A DNA stretch of 60,000 nt, from assembly GCF_036321535.1 (NCBI RefSeq), contig NC_087436.1, forward strand, positions 104,534,001 to 104,594,000. Direction: 5' to 3'. The position numbers and the translations under genes are program-made. This DNA is from Camelus dromedarius (taxonomy: Eukaryota). The notes under the pieces were generated by a model that did not search any database, was not told the origin of the DNA, and saw nothing but the letters and a program-made list of their open reading frames with translations. Below are positions 10,451 to 23,929 of the stretch, piece after piece (the first letter of the stretch is position 1; each line of letters opens with the position of its first letter).

Positions 10451-11209
10451 CATCATCATGACTTGAGGAAGTTGGCAATGCTTCCAAGCAGGAGGCTTAC
10501 ACCTGCAGTGGGGAAGAAAAGAGTACGTGTATTGTGTTCTAATGAGCTTGCAAAATGCCGAGTCAAATCTAACTAAACAAGTTTTTTTTTTCCTTCTAAT
10601 TTTTTATTTGTTTAACCATAGGGCTTCCTAGAGTCTTGAACATGGCACAAAATGTGTGCTGTAAGTCTCCAAAAAAAGATCTCATGGGCAGCCTTTTCAA
10701 ATGTGTTGGACCATGCAGCTGCTTTGGAGATCCACTTAGTAATGCTTTTTTGCAGTAATGCTTCCCTGAATATGTTTGGAAAGCACAACACTACACTATT
10801 TAAGTGACAGCACCTGCAAGATAAGACTGTAGCTAGAGGTGCACTGGTTGTTGCTGTTGCTGTTTAGGAGGGAGTGACAAGGTACTCCAGGTGCTTCCCA
10901 GCCTGGGTGAGCTGTTGAGCCTGCCAAGGGCAAGTGGCTGCCCTGGTCCTCGGAGCCTGGCCCCCATATGTCATTTGCTAATTCATCTGTTCATTGAACT
11001 CATGTTTGTTGTTGTTGCTGTTTTGCCTGAGATCTGTGGCTTTCTGGGTTCTTCCTGCTGGGTTCTCATGTGGGATCAAGCATTTCACAAGGTAGCTTCT
11101 TGTTAAAAATCTAATAAAATTAAACTCAGGGTAGAGTTTGGAGTCAGCCCCAGCCCTAATGTAGGTTGGCATTTACTGTAGACATTCTGTAATAACACTT
11201 CCATTTATT

Positions 11210-11800
11210 CAGTGTTTATTATGTATGCAGTTTAACATGGGCTATTTTATTTACTCTTCCTCACAACCTATGGGGTAGATACTGCTGTAGAAGCTTCTAC
11301 AATGACCCTGCATTTCCCCTCCCACCCTTGGGTGACCAATAGAATATAGCAGAGATGCTGGTAGGTGACTTCTAAGTCATAAGGCATAGTCATTGCAACT
11401 TCTGTCTTGGTCTCTTGGAGGGCTTGCTCTGGATGAAGCCAGCTGCCATCCTGTGAAGACACTCAAGTAACACTGTGGAGAGGCCCACATGGAGAGAAAC
11501 TAACTTCCCAGTCATGTGAGTGGGCCTTTTTGGAAATAAATTCTCCATCCCCAGTCCGACTTTCAGATGACTGCAGACCCCAGTTGACATCTGACTGCAA
11601 CCTCATGAAAGAACCTCAAATTTCTGACCCTCAGGGATGACTATTGTTATTTTAAGAAACTAAGTTTTGGAGTGATTTGTCATAAGCAAGAAATAATTAA
11701 TGACAATTATTATTAATATCTCTCATTTCTCAGTTGAGAGAATGGAAACTGTAAGAGAGATTACTTACTCAAGGTCACAGGACTTACTCAAGGTCACAGC
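11210..11800 (-). mobile_element. MIR SINE split by an MLT1 LTR
   Basis: tcctcacaacctatggggtagatactg before 11286; tctcatttctcagttgagagaatgga..ttactcaaggtcacag after 11705. Confidence 0.6.
11286..11705 (+). mobile_element. MaLR LTR (MLT1F/H-like)
   Basis: gaccaatagaat..gaagccagctgccatcctgtgaagacactcaag..ggagaggcccacatgg..ttcagatgactgcag..gactgcaacctcatga..taagttttggagtgatttgt. Confidence 0.85.
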
Positions 11801-12799
11801 CAGAGTTTATTTATGTAGCTGAGGAAGGATGCTGCAAAATCTAGAATTCTACTTCTAGGCTCATTTATTCAGGGCAGTTATGTGATAACACAGAAAGTTT
11901 TGGATTCTGTCCATTCTTTACCTCTCATGAACTTTAGTTCCTCAGAGAGTAATATCATTTACCTGGTTGAGGATGAAATAACTTAATATGTTAAAAGTTC
12001 AGGCAGATTCTAGGCACTGGATATTTTAAGTTTCCTTCCCTTCCAACTGCTCCTGTAGCATCAGGTCTCACTTTGGTGGTGAGGAAAAAAGAAGGTTAGT
12101 CCAGCCAACAATCTGTCATTCCCACCCTAGAGGGAATTAGCGCAACAGGATCCAGTCCTAACTGGCAGGAGGCTAAGGAAGCAGACTTTTTGCTTGGAGA
12201 GCAAAGGACAGGAAGACATAATTTTTGAGTATGGTTTACTTCGGGAGCAGGCAGGCTTGGATGGATGCCCCAGAGGGCTTTTGGAACAGCTAGAGGGTAC
12301 CAGGAGAGCCCAGAGAAGCCACCAGAAGTGGGAAGGAACTTTCTTTACAAATTGATGTAAGGCCTGATACATCCAAGTCGCATTAACAAAGGTGACCATT
12401 GTGCAAAGCATCACCTTGAATATCTCCTGCTTCAGTTTCACCTAGAAGAGGCTAGGCAAAGAATGCAGTGGTTCTCTCTTTAAATTTCTTCATTTTTTGT
12501 TTTGTTTTTTAAAAAAGTCCTTGGCCCCAGGTAGAAATATCTTCAGAGATCCACAAAAACCAAAGTTAAATGTCTTGGTTGAGGTCACCCAGCTAAATAG
12601 AGGCAGAGTTTGGTCTAGCATCCAAAAACCTGTGTTGTAATCACTATTTTCATCAAATCAATCTGTTTGGGGTTGAAAGGCACACGTTACTTCTTCCAAG
12701 AAGCTTTTTTTCATTAACACTGCCAAATCTTACTTATTTTGAAAAATTTCAGCATTAACATGTCGTCTGGCTTACCCTATTAAACACTATATTAGGCCA

Positions 12800-13120
12800 G
12801 TTTTTTGAACACCTACTATGTGCCAAGTACTCTACCATCTGCTAAGGATTTGGCAATGAACAAAAGGCAACTCCTGCTTTTATGAAAGTTACACTTAGAG
12901 GTGGGGGCCGTAAGGCTTACAGTGCGTAGGATAGATGATATACAAATTGTGTAATAAGCTAAAAGGTGATGGAGAAAAGTAAAACAGGGTTTATGAGACA
13001 GGTGGTACAATTTATATAGAGATTGGTCAGGGAAGTTCTTACTGAAAAGGTGACATTTGGGCAAGACTTGAAAGAGGTGAGGAAGTGAGCCATGTGGTTA
13101 CCTAAGGGAAGAGCACACCA
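12800..13120 (-). mobile_element. L2 LINE fragment
   Basis: ttgaacacctactatgtgccaagtact..ggtcagggaag..gaaaaggtgacatttgggcaagacttgaaagaggtgaggaagtgagccatg. Confidence 0.8.
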
Positions 13121-14554
13121 CTAATTTATATATAACTAGGGAATTACTCTTGGGTTCCTTCATGCTGGCAATTTTATTATTCTTCTGTCCCCTAGTAAAT
13201 CCTCAGGAGTGTATATTTCATCTTCTGCTTCCTCAGGTATAATGTAAGCGCCTTCTGCAGAAATGTTATTTGTACCGCAGGCTTTTAATAAATGCCTGTT
13301 GAATATTTTGGTTAAAGTCATTTTCTCACTATTGCCCTTTTTAGGCAAGAAATGAAGGGGAAACTACAGTAGTTTAGTACTCTGTCCAATAGTCTAAATT
13401 ACTTAGAATGTACAAACCAACATTTAGCTGCACGATCCAACATTCTGGGATAGTATCCTTTGCCTTCCATAAACATTACATCTAAAAAGATTTTCGAAAG
13501 TCTTGGCTTTTCCTAAATTCAAAACAGGAAGCCCCTATAATCGCTAAGCTGTCTTTATTCACCTCCAAACCCCAAAATGGAATCCACCATGACTATTTTG
13601 TAATTATAATCTTTTTGTACAATGAGCTCTGACATTTTTTGAAAATGATTTCCTGCCTAAGCTAGGGATATCCTGTTACTGTTAATAAAATTCTTTGCCA
13701 CCTAAATATTAAGGTGCCCTGAATTCACAAGGACAGAACTATACATGGCTGATAACTCACTTGTTCCTCTTTGATTTTTGCCAAAAGAGACATTTCACAG
13801 AAACACTTTCCAATTTCCTTTTGAACAAGACTCTCAGTTTTCATATCAATGAGTCTCTGACCTTGTCTGATTCAGTGCTTCCCACAAAGGTGCATAACCT
13901 GTGCTTCTTTTATTTGCTCTTGATTTTGCTTTGAAAAGACACACTGAAATGCAAAAGAATTATAACAGTGTTGAAGATCCTAAGGACCTCAACAATTATG
14001 GTGTTGGGGAAAATTTAACAGAAAACCAGAGTCAGAAGACAGAGTCAGCAGGTGAATAATAAGCTAACATTACACACACGAAATAGAGACAAGGCAACAT
14101 CTTAATGAGGCTGAAAGGACTGGGGAATCAGAGGGTCTAATTCTCTAAAGGATAATTGAATACAACCCCAAATGGGGAAGGAAAACTTGTTGCAAGAGAC
14201 AGATCAGATGGTGGGTAATAAGAAAATCAAATGTGTAAAGAATAGTTTGCTACTTTGACACTTATGGTCACATAAGCGCCTCTAAGAAAGAATATTGGGA
14301 TAACAAGGGTGCAATCATTCCCAGTTTTTCCCCCCAGTATTTCAATTTATAGCACACATATTCTGTCCCCGACAGTCCTCAAATGTATTCAGCAATGCTT
14401 TGCTCACCATCTGGGGAAATAAATGTCCAATCAAGCACCAACCATCCCAAATCTTAATCATTTCAGGATGTCAGATAAGAAAAAAAGGGACTGTCTTAAT
14501 TCTTTCTACAGTGCATATGCTACTACTTGAACATCTGGAGAGGGAAAAGCAGCT

Positions 14555-14940
14555 GCTTGCTCTGTATGTGAGACCTTGGGCAAAGTATTTACCATTCTGA
14601 ACTTCACTTCCTTTAACTGTAATCCAGGGATAAGAATACAAAACCTAGACGGTGCTTAGGAACAGAAAAACAACAGCCAACTTATACGAGTTTCCAGGCA
14701 TGCTTTTCAACTCTTTATATATATAAATGTATTTAATCCTAATGACAATCCTATAATATAGGTATCATGATTTACAGATGTGGAAACCAAGTGCAGAGAG
14801 ATCCAAGCCATTTGCTGTCAGCCACACAACAGTGGAACGGGCTGCAGAGACACCTACTCAACTGCCACTGAAGTATTTCTCTAATGACGGATGTAGCGCA
14901 TATAGTCAGTGCTAAATAAACAGTTATTATTGTTGTTATG
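14555..14940. mobile_element. MIR fragments in both orientations (minus-strand copy at about 14680-14840 within or beside a plus-strand copy)
   Basis: tgtgagaccttgggcaaagtatttacc (+); tttaatcctaatgacaatcctat..tttacagatgtggaaacc (-). Confidence 0.65.
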
Positions 14941-16239
14941 GGGAGGAGAAACAATATTTCTTACTTAAGCAGATTCAGTTACAAATTGATCGCTTCCCTG
15001 AGACTACCAAATGCATACAAGTGGGAAGAAAATCGGAACTGATAAAAACAGACACTGTAAAAATAATTGGACCTGGTACAATATTTCCTTTTGGAACACA
15101 TGTCTTAGATTTACAATTGGGCTGAACTGACTGGTTATCTCAAAGAAAGGACTCTGTTAAATGAAAATGGCAATTCAAGCTAATTGGCTTAATCAATTAT
15201 TTAGTTTTACTTAAAATAATCAACCTGTTCATGAGGCTCCAGCCTTGTTCCTATGACTTTGTGGTTATTTGGGGGTATAAAATGGAGTTAAAATATTTCT
15301 CCTTTCAATCAATAAATCTGTAAACAGGTCACATCATCGAAGTGGTTGATTCTTCCACTGACACGTTTTTATGTTCAGAATCCATCACTTTTGCTGATGT
15401 TTATAAAGCCCACTTACACATTTCCTTGTTGGATATTGTCAGAGAGCCTGGGGGAGGGATTTATTCTTGCCACCATCTCAAGGTAAGGTGATAAAAATGA
15501 CAGTCCAGTGGAGCACTTTCCACAAGGTGTCAAAATACATCAGTGGAGATATTTTATCAGACTTCATTACAAGGTGGCAGAATGCAAAAGCTATGCTTGT
15601 CATTTTTATTTTACTATGAATATATTTTGTGAACCATTATGATGTCAGGACAAAAGTGGAAAGCTAATGATTAGTTGAAGAAAAAAACAGAAGAGAAATG
15701 AACTGAACTTACTTGCAAGGAGATAAAAATAAACTATCAGTTGTATCAGAAATAAGGAGCATCTAAAGAAACAAAAGAACCATTATAACAGACTAATTAT
15801 GTGTGGGCAGTAGGTCTAGTGGTTAGAACAAGGACTTGGCTGAATAAGTCTTTCAAATTCAAACCCTGACTGCCACTTCCTTGCTATCTACTGTATAAGT
15901 GTTAAATATTGTTATTGTCTTTGGTGCATTTGTGTGAGTTATAATAAAAATATAAGTCTGCCTAAATTATGGTTCCTAGTAAAGTAAGAATGAGGCAAAA
16001 AGCCAGTCAGCCTGGTTGTTTCCACCTTTGGGTTATTGTGAGTGGCACTGCAGTGAGCATGCATCTTAATGACATTTTAAAAAAATCCATTTTATAGGCA
16101 TTGGTATGGCACCGTCATGACCTGCCAGACTGCCTGGATTTGAATCCTGGCTCAGTCCTTTACATTAACTAACTCATTTTATCCTTTTGTTTTTTTTTTT
16201 CCTACTATTATCTCACTGTTCTTATTCTACTATTAGCTT

Positions 16240-16400
16240 ATAATAATATCCATACAGTATTGGCATTGTTATGAATCCACATTTTGTAGAGGAGGGAAAC
16301 TGAAGCTCAGAGTGGTGAGATCTCTCTGCTCAAGGACACAGAGCTAGTAAGTGGCAGAGGTGGGATTTGAACCCAGGTCTGTTTACACCTAAGTCGGTGC
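16240..16400 (-). mobile_element. MIR SINE
   Basis: cattttgtagaggagggaaactgaagctcagag..caaggacacagagctagtaagtggcagaggtgggatttgaacccaggtctg. Confidence 0.85.
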
Positions 16401-16694
16401 CCTTGCTGATTACTTTTTTCTCCCCGTAAGGAAAATGTTTTGATGAGGTGGAGAAAGATGGAAAAATTAAAGGGGCAAATACTTCTGGGTAGGAGGAAAC
16501 CTGGGGATGGGGTGCAGTTTCTTTAAGTAGCCAAGTTCAGGGCAGCCTGGGCCAGACAGGAGCAAAAAGACCTGGCAACAGAGGGCCACTATGGAACTTT
16601 TCATCCATTTCTTAACTGTGCCAGGGTTCAGCCCTAGAGGTCCAAGCACGCTGACCCACTCAAGAGGAGTTCCTCTCATTTCCCTCAGCTACCT

Positions 16695-17427
16695 TTTTGG
16701 TTTTTTTTAATTTTTGTTTTGTATTGAAGTGTAGTTGATTTACTGTGTGACTTTCAGGTACACAGCAAAGCAATTCAGCTATACATACACATACATATAT
16801 GTGTATTCAGATTCTTTCCCATTATATGTTGTTGTAAAACACTGAATATAGTTCCTTGTGCTACACAGTAGGTCCTTGTTGCTTACCTATTTTACATATA
16901 GTAATGTGTATCTGTTAATCCCAAACTCCGAATTCATCCCTCCTCTGCCCGTTTTGCTTTGTTTTCTATGTCCATGAATCTATTTTTGGTTTGTAAATAA
17001 GATTTGTATTTTTTTTAGATTCTACATATAAATATATGATATTTTTCTTTCTCTTTCTCCCTTACTCCACTTAGTATGATGATCTCCAGGTCCATCTACG
17101 TTGCTGCAAATAGCATTATTTTATTCTTTTTAATGGCTGAGTAGTATTTCATTGTGTATGTATATATACACCACATCTTTCTTTATCCAGTCAACTGTTG
17201 ATGGACATTTCGATTGTTTCCATGGCTTGGTTATTGTAAATAGTGCTGCTATGAACATTGGAATGCATGTATCTTTTTGAATTAGAGTTTTCTCCAGATA
17301 TATGCCCAGGAGTAGGACTGCTGGATCATATGATAAGTCTATTTTTAGTTTTTTAAGGAACCTCCAGATTGTCCTTCATAGTGGCCACACCAATTTGCAT
17401 CCCCATCGACAGCATAGGAGGGTTCCT
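16695..17427 (-). mobile_element. 5'-truncated L1 (artiodactyl-type 3' end plus end of ORF2)
   Basis: tattgaagtgtagttgatttac...gttgctgcaaatagcattattttattctttttaatggctgagtagta...ccaatttgcatccccatcgacagcataggagggttcc; homologous to 5205-5894. Confidence 0.92.
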
Positions 17428-17548
17428 TTTGTTCCTTTGTTTTGTTTTGTTTCAACTGCAGCCCAACTCAACTGAAGAGGTGAATTGGTTCACCACAAAC
17501 ACCTGCAGGCTTTCTGCCTCATTCAGGACAACATCCCATCCACCCTCA

Positions 17549-17549
<1 letters not shown>

Positions 17550-17597
<48 letters not shown>

Positions 17598-17612
17598 AGA
17601 GAGAGAGAGAGA
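17550..17612 (+). repeat. A45 run followed by (GA)9
   Basis: Read directly from the sequence. Confidence 0.95.
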
Positions 17613-19309
17613 AAGTGAGAAGAAAGGCACTGAGTTTATTAAATTTCTTTTAGGCTCTGCCTGATTCTCCATCCCACTGCCTAACTTGTTTTGATTTCTC
17701 CCAAGGAAGCCCATGGGTATATGCTGATTTGCTTGGCTACAGTCATGGGTGCTTTTAAGAAAAACAAAGCCAAGAAGAGCTCGAAAGTCTCCCGTGACTG
17801 GCACCCTCAGCCAATAATTGTTTTATTAAGTGCTGACTCCGCCTGTGGAGCTGAGTTAATGGAGGTGGGAAAAAAAAATCAGGGCCAAAACAAGGCACCA
17901 TTCAGATGTAGGACTGAAAATATCAAGGTAACAGAGAGTTTCTGTGCCCAGCGCTGCGGGGCCAAGTTCTACATGAATGAAAGGGGAGCGGCTCTACATC
18001 TACCCGGTCAAGCTATTCATAGTGACCCAGAGAGAGGGAAAAGACCTATTACTCACGGCCTCTCTCCCAGCCAACTTAAGATTATTCCCGATGGGAGAGT
18101 TCCTAGCATTTTGTCCAATTTCATGTAAAAATTTGAGTTTTACCTAGAATTTCGTTGATTAGTCACATGTTGTGTTCTTGGGTGTTGTTTTTCTTCCCCT
18201 AGTTTTCAAAAGAGGAGGATTGCAGAGACTTGACGATGCAAATCAGAAAACATAGGCCTGAATAAAGAACCTTGCGAAACTCGAAATGTGGAACAAAATA
18301 GGAATCGGAAGGGGGACGGAGAGGGATATAAATCATGCATATCAGAACAAAACATCACTATTGATGACAAATCCCTGTGGCAGTGCAATCTAGACAGGCA
18401 CCTCGCTAGAACTCTTACCCTGGACAGCATGCCCATGAGTGGGCGTGTGTGGGGAGTGTGCATGTGTGTAACTGCGTGTTTGGGTGTATGTTTTAGAAGG
18501 AATAACCCAAACAGAGACAGTCTGCAAAGCGGCAACTGGGGAAAATGGCAAAATAAGGAGGGATGGATAGAGTAGCCAAACTGAGAGTCTGCTGCTGAAA
18601 TTACAACCAGATTGCCTCTGAAAAGCAGAAAGCAAATAAGCTCGAACAAATAAACCCCTGTGGCTAACCCCCTGTGGCAGATTCGCTTTCACAAGCGTAC
18701 CTGCGAGACAATGTCCAGATCCCAACTTCCAGATGAAAGGTGGATGGCCAAGAGGAGGCAGGGGGGCGATGCTGGCTGCGTGAACGGGGAAGCCGTGAGC
18801 ATCCTGGGGGCCTGCTCATCACGGTGGGACCGACACAGGAGTGAGAACTGCTGCTGAGGCCTGGAAACAAGTAGCAGTCAGGAAACACAGAAAGCAGAGA
18901 TGCTAAGGAGCATTCTCTTGGGACCCTGGGGAAGGAGAACATAAGAGTAGCCAGAGAAGGGATAGGTCGGCAGGGAGACGTGGAGTAAAAGTGCTGACAT
19001 CTGACATCTATCAGCAGCACCCGGACGCTCCGTGACTAAAGCGAAGGCTGCTGTGCGTTTCTGGATTTCCACATCACAAGCGGCAGATTCTGGGAGAGCG
19101 TTCTTGGAATGAAGTGGACCTATGGTTGTGTACCCTGGGCCTGCTGCTTCAGATGTTCTGAAACAGCAGCAACTCCAAGTGGAAAAGAATAAATGAATAT
19201 AAGACAGTGCAAAACTCCACTCCATGCGGGGTGAGGATAGTATTAATTCAAGGTCACTTAGATCCCAATATAGAGTCTCACCTTGGGCTCTTTCCATGGA
19301 CTAGATGAA

Positions 19310-19520
19310 TATTAATAACGAGCATTGCTAACACGTATTATTGCTTACTGTGTGCCAAGCTCGTTATTTGGATTTCCTTACTGACTCTTCACAGAGACCC
19401 TATGAGGGAGCCATTTAGTAACATCCGTCTCCATTTTCGGTGGTTGTTGGGTAACTGGCCAAGTTGCCATTGCCAGGATGAGGCAGAGCTGAGATCTCAG
19501 CAGCAGGAGCTGCTCACACC
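19310..19520 (-). mobile_element. MIR SINE
   Basis: gctaacacgtattattgcttactgtgtgccaagc..ccctatgagggag..ccatttt..ggtaactggccaag. Confidence 0.7.
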
Positions 19521-20424
19521 AGAGTCAGCTAACCATCCTGCCGGAACGACTGAGGTCCTGAACTCAATTAAGAAATTATCCAGGTCTTTGCAATGGCAAA
19601 GGAGACAGGAAAGGATTCAAATCTAATTACATGACTGCCAGTCAGGCAGGATGCAGCCATCAGATGACTCAAATGAAAGATTTTTTTTTATTCTTCTAAT
19701 GTTCCTGCATAAACGTTCTCTACCCTGCTCTCCTGAGACACAGACACAGCGGAGTATCTGGGATTTATGCAAAAGGGCCACTTCCAGGGCTCTTCCTTAT
19801 GGTCACTGAGAATTCATGCACCTCTCCCAGCCCCTACGTCTCTGCAGTCCTGAAAAAGCAGTGGCATTTGGAATGACGCATTGAGGCCCTGCTGGATCCT
19901 GGAGTGCCTTCCTCATGACTAAGGACTCATCACTGAATAAATTTAAATTTGGTCTGGCCTAGTTTTCTCCTTAAACCAATTTTATTGCATGCATTCTAAT
20001 TATGAGAAAATTGGATGGCTATGTATGGTATCCATGGCAACCTTCACTTAAACAGAATATGAAATGAACCAGGCCACTTGGTGCCTCATACATTCTAGAT
20101 AAATGGAGCTGACCGCAGACAGAAGCATGTTGGCAGTCTTTTCAAGGCAATTTCAGGAAGTCTATGCCCACAGTGCCCTAGAAGGGTCAGATTGGGTTCT
20201 GTCTAACCCCACTTGGGTAGACAGAGCCAATCTGAGCCTCAGTTTCCCCATTTCAGAATTGTAGAATTTGGGTGGCTAGCTCCTTTAATTGCTCCCCTAC
20301 TACTGATTCTCATTGTATTGCTCCAAATTTTTAATTTTTTCCCTTCCTTTAATGGTATGGCAGTTGAATATATCCTACTTCTATTTTACTAGTGCTTGCC
20401 CTTGATTAAAAAAAGGAGTAAGAT

Positions 20425-20862
20425 TATTTTTTACAGCTGTTTTAGGTTTACAAAAACATTGGTGGGAAATAGCAGAGTTCCCATATATCCTCTCCCCAAC
20501 CTCTGTTCCTCCTATTAATAACATTTTGCATCGGTGTGTTACATTTGTTATAATTGATGAACCTACACTGATACATTGTTATTAACTACAGTCTACGGTT
20601 TACATTGGGCTTCCCTCTTGCTGTTGTACGTTCTGTAGGTTTTGACCGATGTTTAATGACACGTATCCACTATTGCAGTATCCCACCCACTCATCCCTCC
20701 CTGCCCCCCAGATCCTTGGTAAACGCTGATCTTTTTACTGTCACTATAGTTTTGGCTTTTCCATAACGTCATGTAGCTGGAATCAGACAGTCTATAGCCT
20801 TTTCAGACTGGCTTCTTTCACTTAGCTATATGCAATTAAGTTTTCTCCATGCTTTTTCATTG
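20425..20862 (-). mobile_element. L1MC-type 3' end
   Basis: gttttaggtttacaaaaa..agagttcccatata..acatttgttataattgatgaacct..ttattaactacagtc..gccttttcagactggcttctttcacttagc. Confidence 0.85.
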
Positions 20863-21599
20863 CCTTTGTTTTTTTTTTTTTAACAAACATATAAGCCTAT
20901 ATTTTTCTACCAAAATAAAGAATCAGTATCTATAACTGTCCTGCTTTCCTAGACAAAGCAATGCATGTTTTTATCTCTGTTTTTCCTCATATCAGCTACC
21001 TCCAACCCAGGTTTTGTTGAAATTTTGGTTCCAGATAGATATGAATTTTTAAAATTTTATATCCCTTATATTGGACAAGTGGTATCTTAATACACGGAGC
21101 CTCACAACTCCATTGTCATCAATTGTTTAGGCTTTGTGTTCCTGCTTTTTTTTTTTTTTTTGGCTCCTCACTGTTTCTTGCATACTACATCTTCCCTTTA
21201 TTGGATTCTTTGTCCTAGCTCTGATTTCAAAGTCTCTCCTTGGGGCTGGGTAAGCAGAGGTAGATAGGATGGGACAGGAACTCCTTTGACTGTTGGAGTT
21301 CCACTGGCAATGTAACCAGACGCCTAACTCCAACCCTCCTGGACTGTCTCTGGAAAACTGGACTTCCCTACTTGGCATAAATTTAGCAAGCATGTATTAA
21401 GCAATGACTACATGCTCACACTGTGCTTCGAGAGAACCATATGTCACCTGGATTCTGTCATCAAGAAGGTTCTGTTCTCACTGCTGTGGATGAAAGATCA
21501 AGGGGAAGGAACAGGATGGTGGTAATTGTTATCTAAGATGTAGTCTCTGAGTTAGAAAATGATGGAGATCAATTCAAGGTAAGTAACCAATATTAATAC

Positions 21600-21800
21600 T
21601 AATAATATTAATTGTTAACATCTATTGAGAATGGCAAAGATTCTTCTAGACTCTTTATATTTGTTCATTAAATTCTTATAACAACTGTGTGAGGTAGGTA
21701 ATATTATTCCCATTTAGGAAACTAAAGCACAGAGAAATCAAGTAACTGCCCTAAGGTCAGAGAGTTAGTAAGTCATCGAGCGTGAATTTCAACTTGGGTG
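21600..21800 (-). mobile_element. MIR SINE
   Basis: acaactgtgtgaggtaggtaatattattcccattt..aggaaactaaagcacagaga..aaggtcagagagttagtaagt. Confidence 0.8.
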
Positions 21801-22039
21801 ATTGCCCTCAAGTTCTGGGCTAAAGTGGGGGATTAAAAATAGTTTCTCAGCACTGAGTCTCTCCTGGCCCCCATCTGTACTTGGATGCCACTCACGCTAT
21901 AACCCTAAGGAAAACTCTGCTTCTGTCTCTTCCTGCTGGCTTTGCTTCCTAGGGGCAAAGCTGGGAGCACAGAGCCCTTTCCCACTCGGTCCAACTTTCC
22001 CCTTACATCTGGTGCCTCCCATCCCCTCACTGCAGCCTC

Positions 22040-22510
22040 CCTGAATCTTCACTCTTCCCTGCCTCTGCCTTGGTGTGTTAGGACTCTCTGTCTCTGCTCC
22101 TTCTCTTTCTGGAATGTCTTTCCTCACCTTCCTTACCAGGTAAGCTCCTACTACTTCTCTTTCAAGACCACTCTCAGACATAACCTCCTTTGTGAAGATT
22201 CTCCCCAGAGTCCTAGGCAAAGTTGGTCATCCCCATCTCCAAGCGTCCACACATCTACTCCTGTCCCTGTGATAGTCCTTGACAAAGTGGGATGTACATT
22301 GCTCTCTCTTTGCCTGTCTGTGACCTTCTCAGCATCAGAGGATGTCTGTTCTTCATCTCTGTGTGCTTAGCCTCTCATGGAGCCCATCCCATGGTTGTCC
22401 CTCCATGTGCAACTCACATGGCGTATACAACATCAGTGAGTCCTGTGGTCCCCCATCTCCCGGAGAGCCCCTCAAAGAAGCACATCTACCAACGAAAATG
22501 AATGAAAGTA
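22040..22510 (+). mobile_element. L2 LINE 3' fragment
   Basis: ctggaatgtctttcc..tcctactacttctctttcaagacc..cctcctttgtgaagattctccc..aatgaatgaa. Confidence 0.6.
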
Positions 22511-22627
22511 TTATCCAATTGCTTCAGGAAACATCCAAGGATTGTATGTTTTTTGCACCTTAAAGCCTTTAGAAAACTCCCCTCCTTGTCTCTGCCACTT
22601 TCAGTGCCTCCATTGACATGACAGCTC

Positions 22628-22720
22628 TTCATTCATTCATTCATTCATTCAATTGTTTATTCACTTATCCAATCAGGAAGCATTTATTGAGAACCTACTA
22701 GGTACCAGCTACTCTATTTG
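22628..22720 (-). mobile_element. L2 3' terminus with (TTCA)n tail
   Basis: ttcattcattcattcattcattcaa..aagcatttattgagaacctacta. Confidence 0.75.
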
Positions 22721-22997
22721 ATACCGTTCCCTCCAAAATGCTCTCTCCCCTGTACTCTCACTTTTCAAATCTCAAAATTCTCTCCAGAAATCTAACCTGA
22801 GGGCTTTACTGTCCCTCTCCTCTCATACTCCCTCTTGTCTTTATTCTGAAAGTCAGATTAACCTTTCCAGCCTCTTTATTTTTTGTTGGTTCATTAACAG
22901 CATTCCCCTTGATAACTAACAGTCTAGAAGCTGACCCAGAAAACTAGAATCCTTGCCCCATAGAATCTATCTAAGGGGACAGGGAAAGATTATGAAA

Positions 22998-23690
22998 ATT
23001 GTTAGTGGGAATGCCAAAAATGGTGCAGCTCCCATGGGAAACAATATGGAGGTTTCTCAAAAAACTGAAAATAGAACTACCATATGATCCACTCCTGGGT
23101 ACATATCTGAAGAAAAGGAAAAGACTAATTGGAAAAGATACATGCATCCCAAAGTTCATAGCAGCATTATTTACCAGTAGCCAAGATATGGAAGCAAACT
23201 AAGTGTTAATCAACAGATGAATGGATAAAGAAAATGTGGCATATATATGTACAATGGAATATTACTTAACCATAAAAAGAACGAAGTTCTGCCACTTGCA
23301 ACCATGTGGATGGACCTGGAGGGTATTTTGCTTAGTGAAATAAGTCAGACAGAGAAAGACAAATACTCTATGTTATCACTTATATGTGGATTATAAAAAT
23401 AAAGCAAATGAATATAGCAAAACAGAAACTGACTCAGGTTTAGAAAACTAGTGGTTACCAGTGGGGAGAGGGAAGGGGGAGGGGCAAGATGGGGTAGGGG
23501 ATTAAGAGATACAAATGACTATGTATAAAATAAACAAGCAACAAAGATTACAGCACAGGGAAATATAACCATTATTTTGTAATGACTTTAAATGGAGTAT
23601 AAATTATAAAAATATTGACTCACACTGTGTTGCATGCCTGAAACTAATAGAATACTATAAATCAACGATACTTCAATAAAGAAAACAAAT
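22998..23690 (+). mobile_element. 5'-truncated L1 (L1MA9-like/laurasiatherian): ORF2 end, 3'UTR and polyA signal
   Basis: ORF 22999-23202 reads [29 protein letters not shown]-rich 3'UTR at about 23462-23500; cttcaataaa end. Confidence 0.92.
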
Positions 23691-23929
23691 GACTAAATTT
23701 AACACTAACTTCAGAAAGAAATAAAATTAATGCATTAGTAATATTGGCTTTTGTTACAGGCTAATGTGTACATACACACACACAAAAATAAGGATCCAGG
23801 CAAACATATTCTGAGTTCCAAATGAATGATACAATCTGTAGATGCTGTAGGATTAAGGGCCAAAATAATGTGTTTGAGCCCCAGATGAATTTCCTCATGG
23901 TGATCTAACTGCTGGAGTGGAGTGAAATC

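Noticed and set aside
17369..17804. Poly-Lys and poly-Phe ORFs
   Set aside because: Translation artefacts of the A45/(GA)n tract.
22999..23202. ORF with real protein similarity (also 5614-5823 and 3431-3691)
   Set aside because: These are decayed L1 ORF2 C-terminal remnants, not host genes.
23462..23500. G-quadruplex-like run
   Set aside because: It is the ordinary G-rich tract of the L1 3'UTR.
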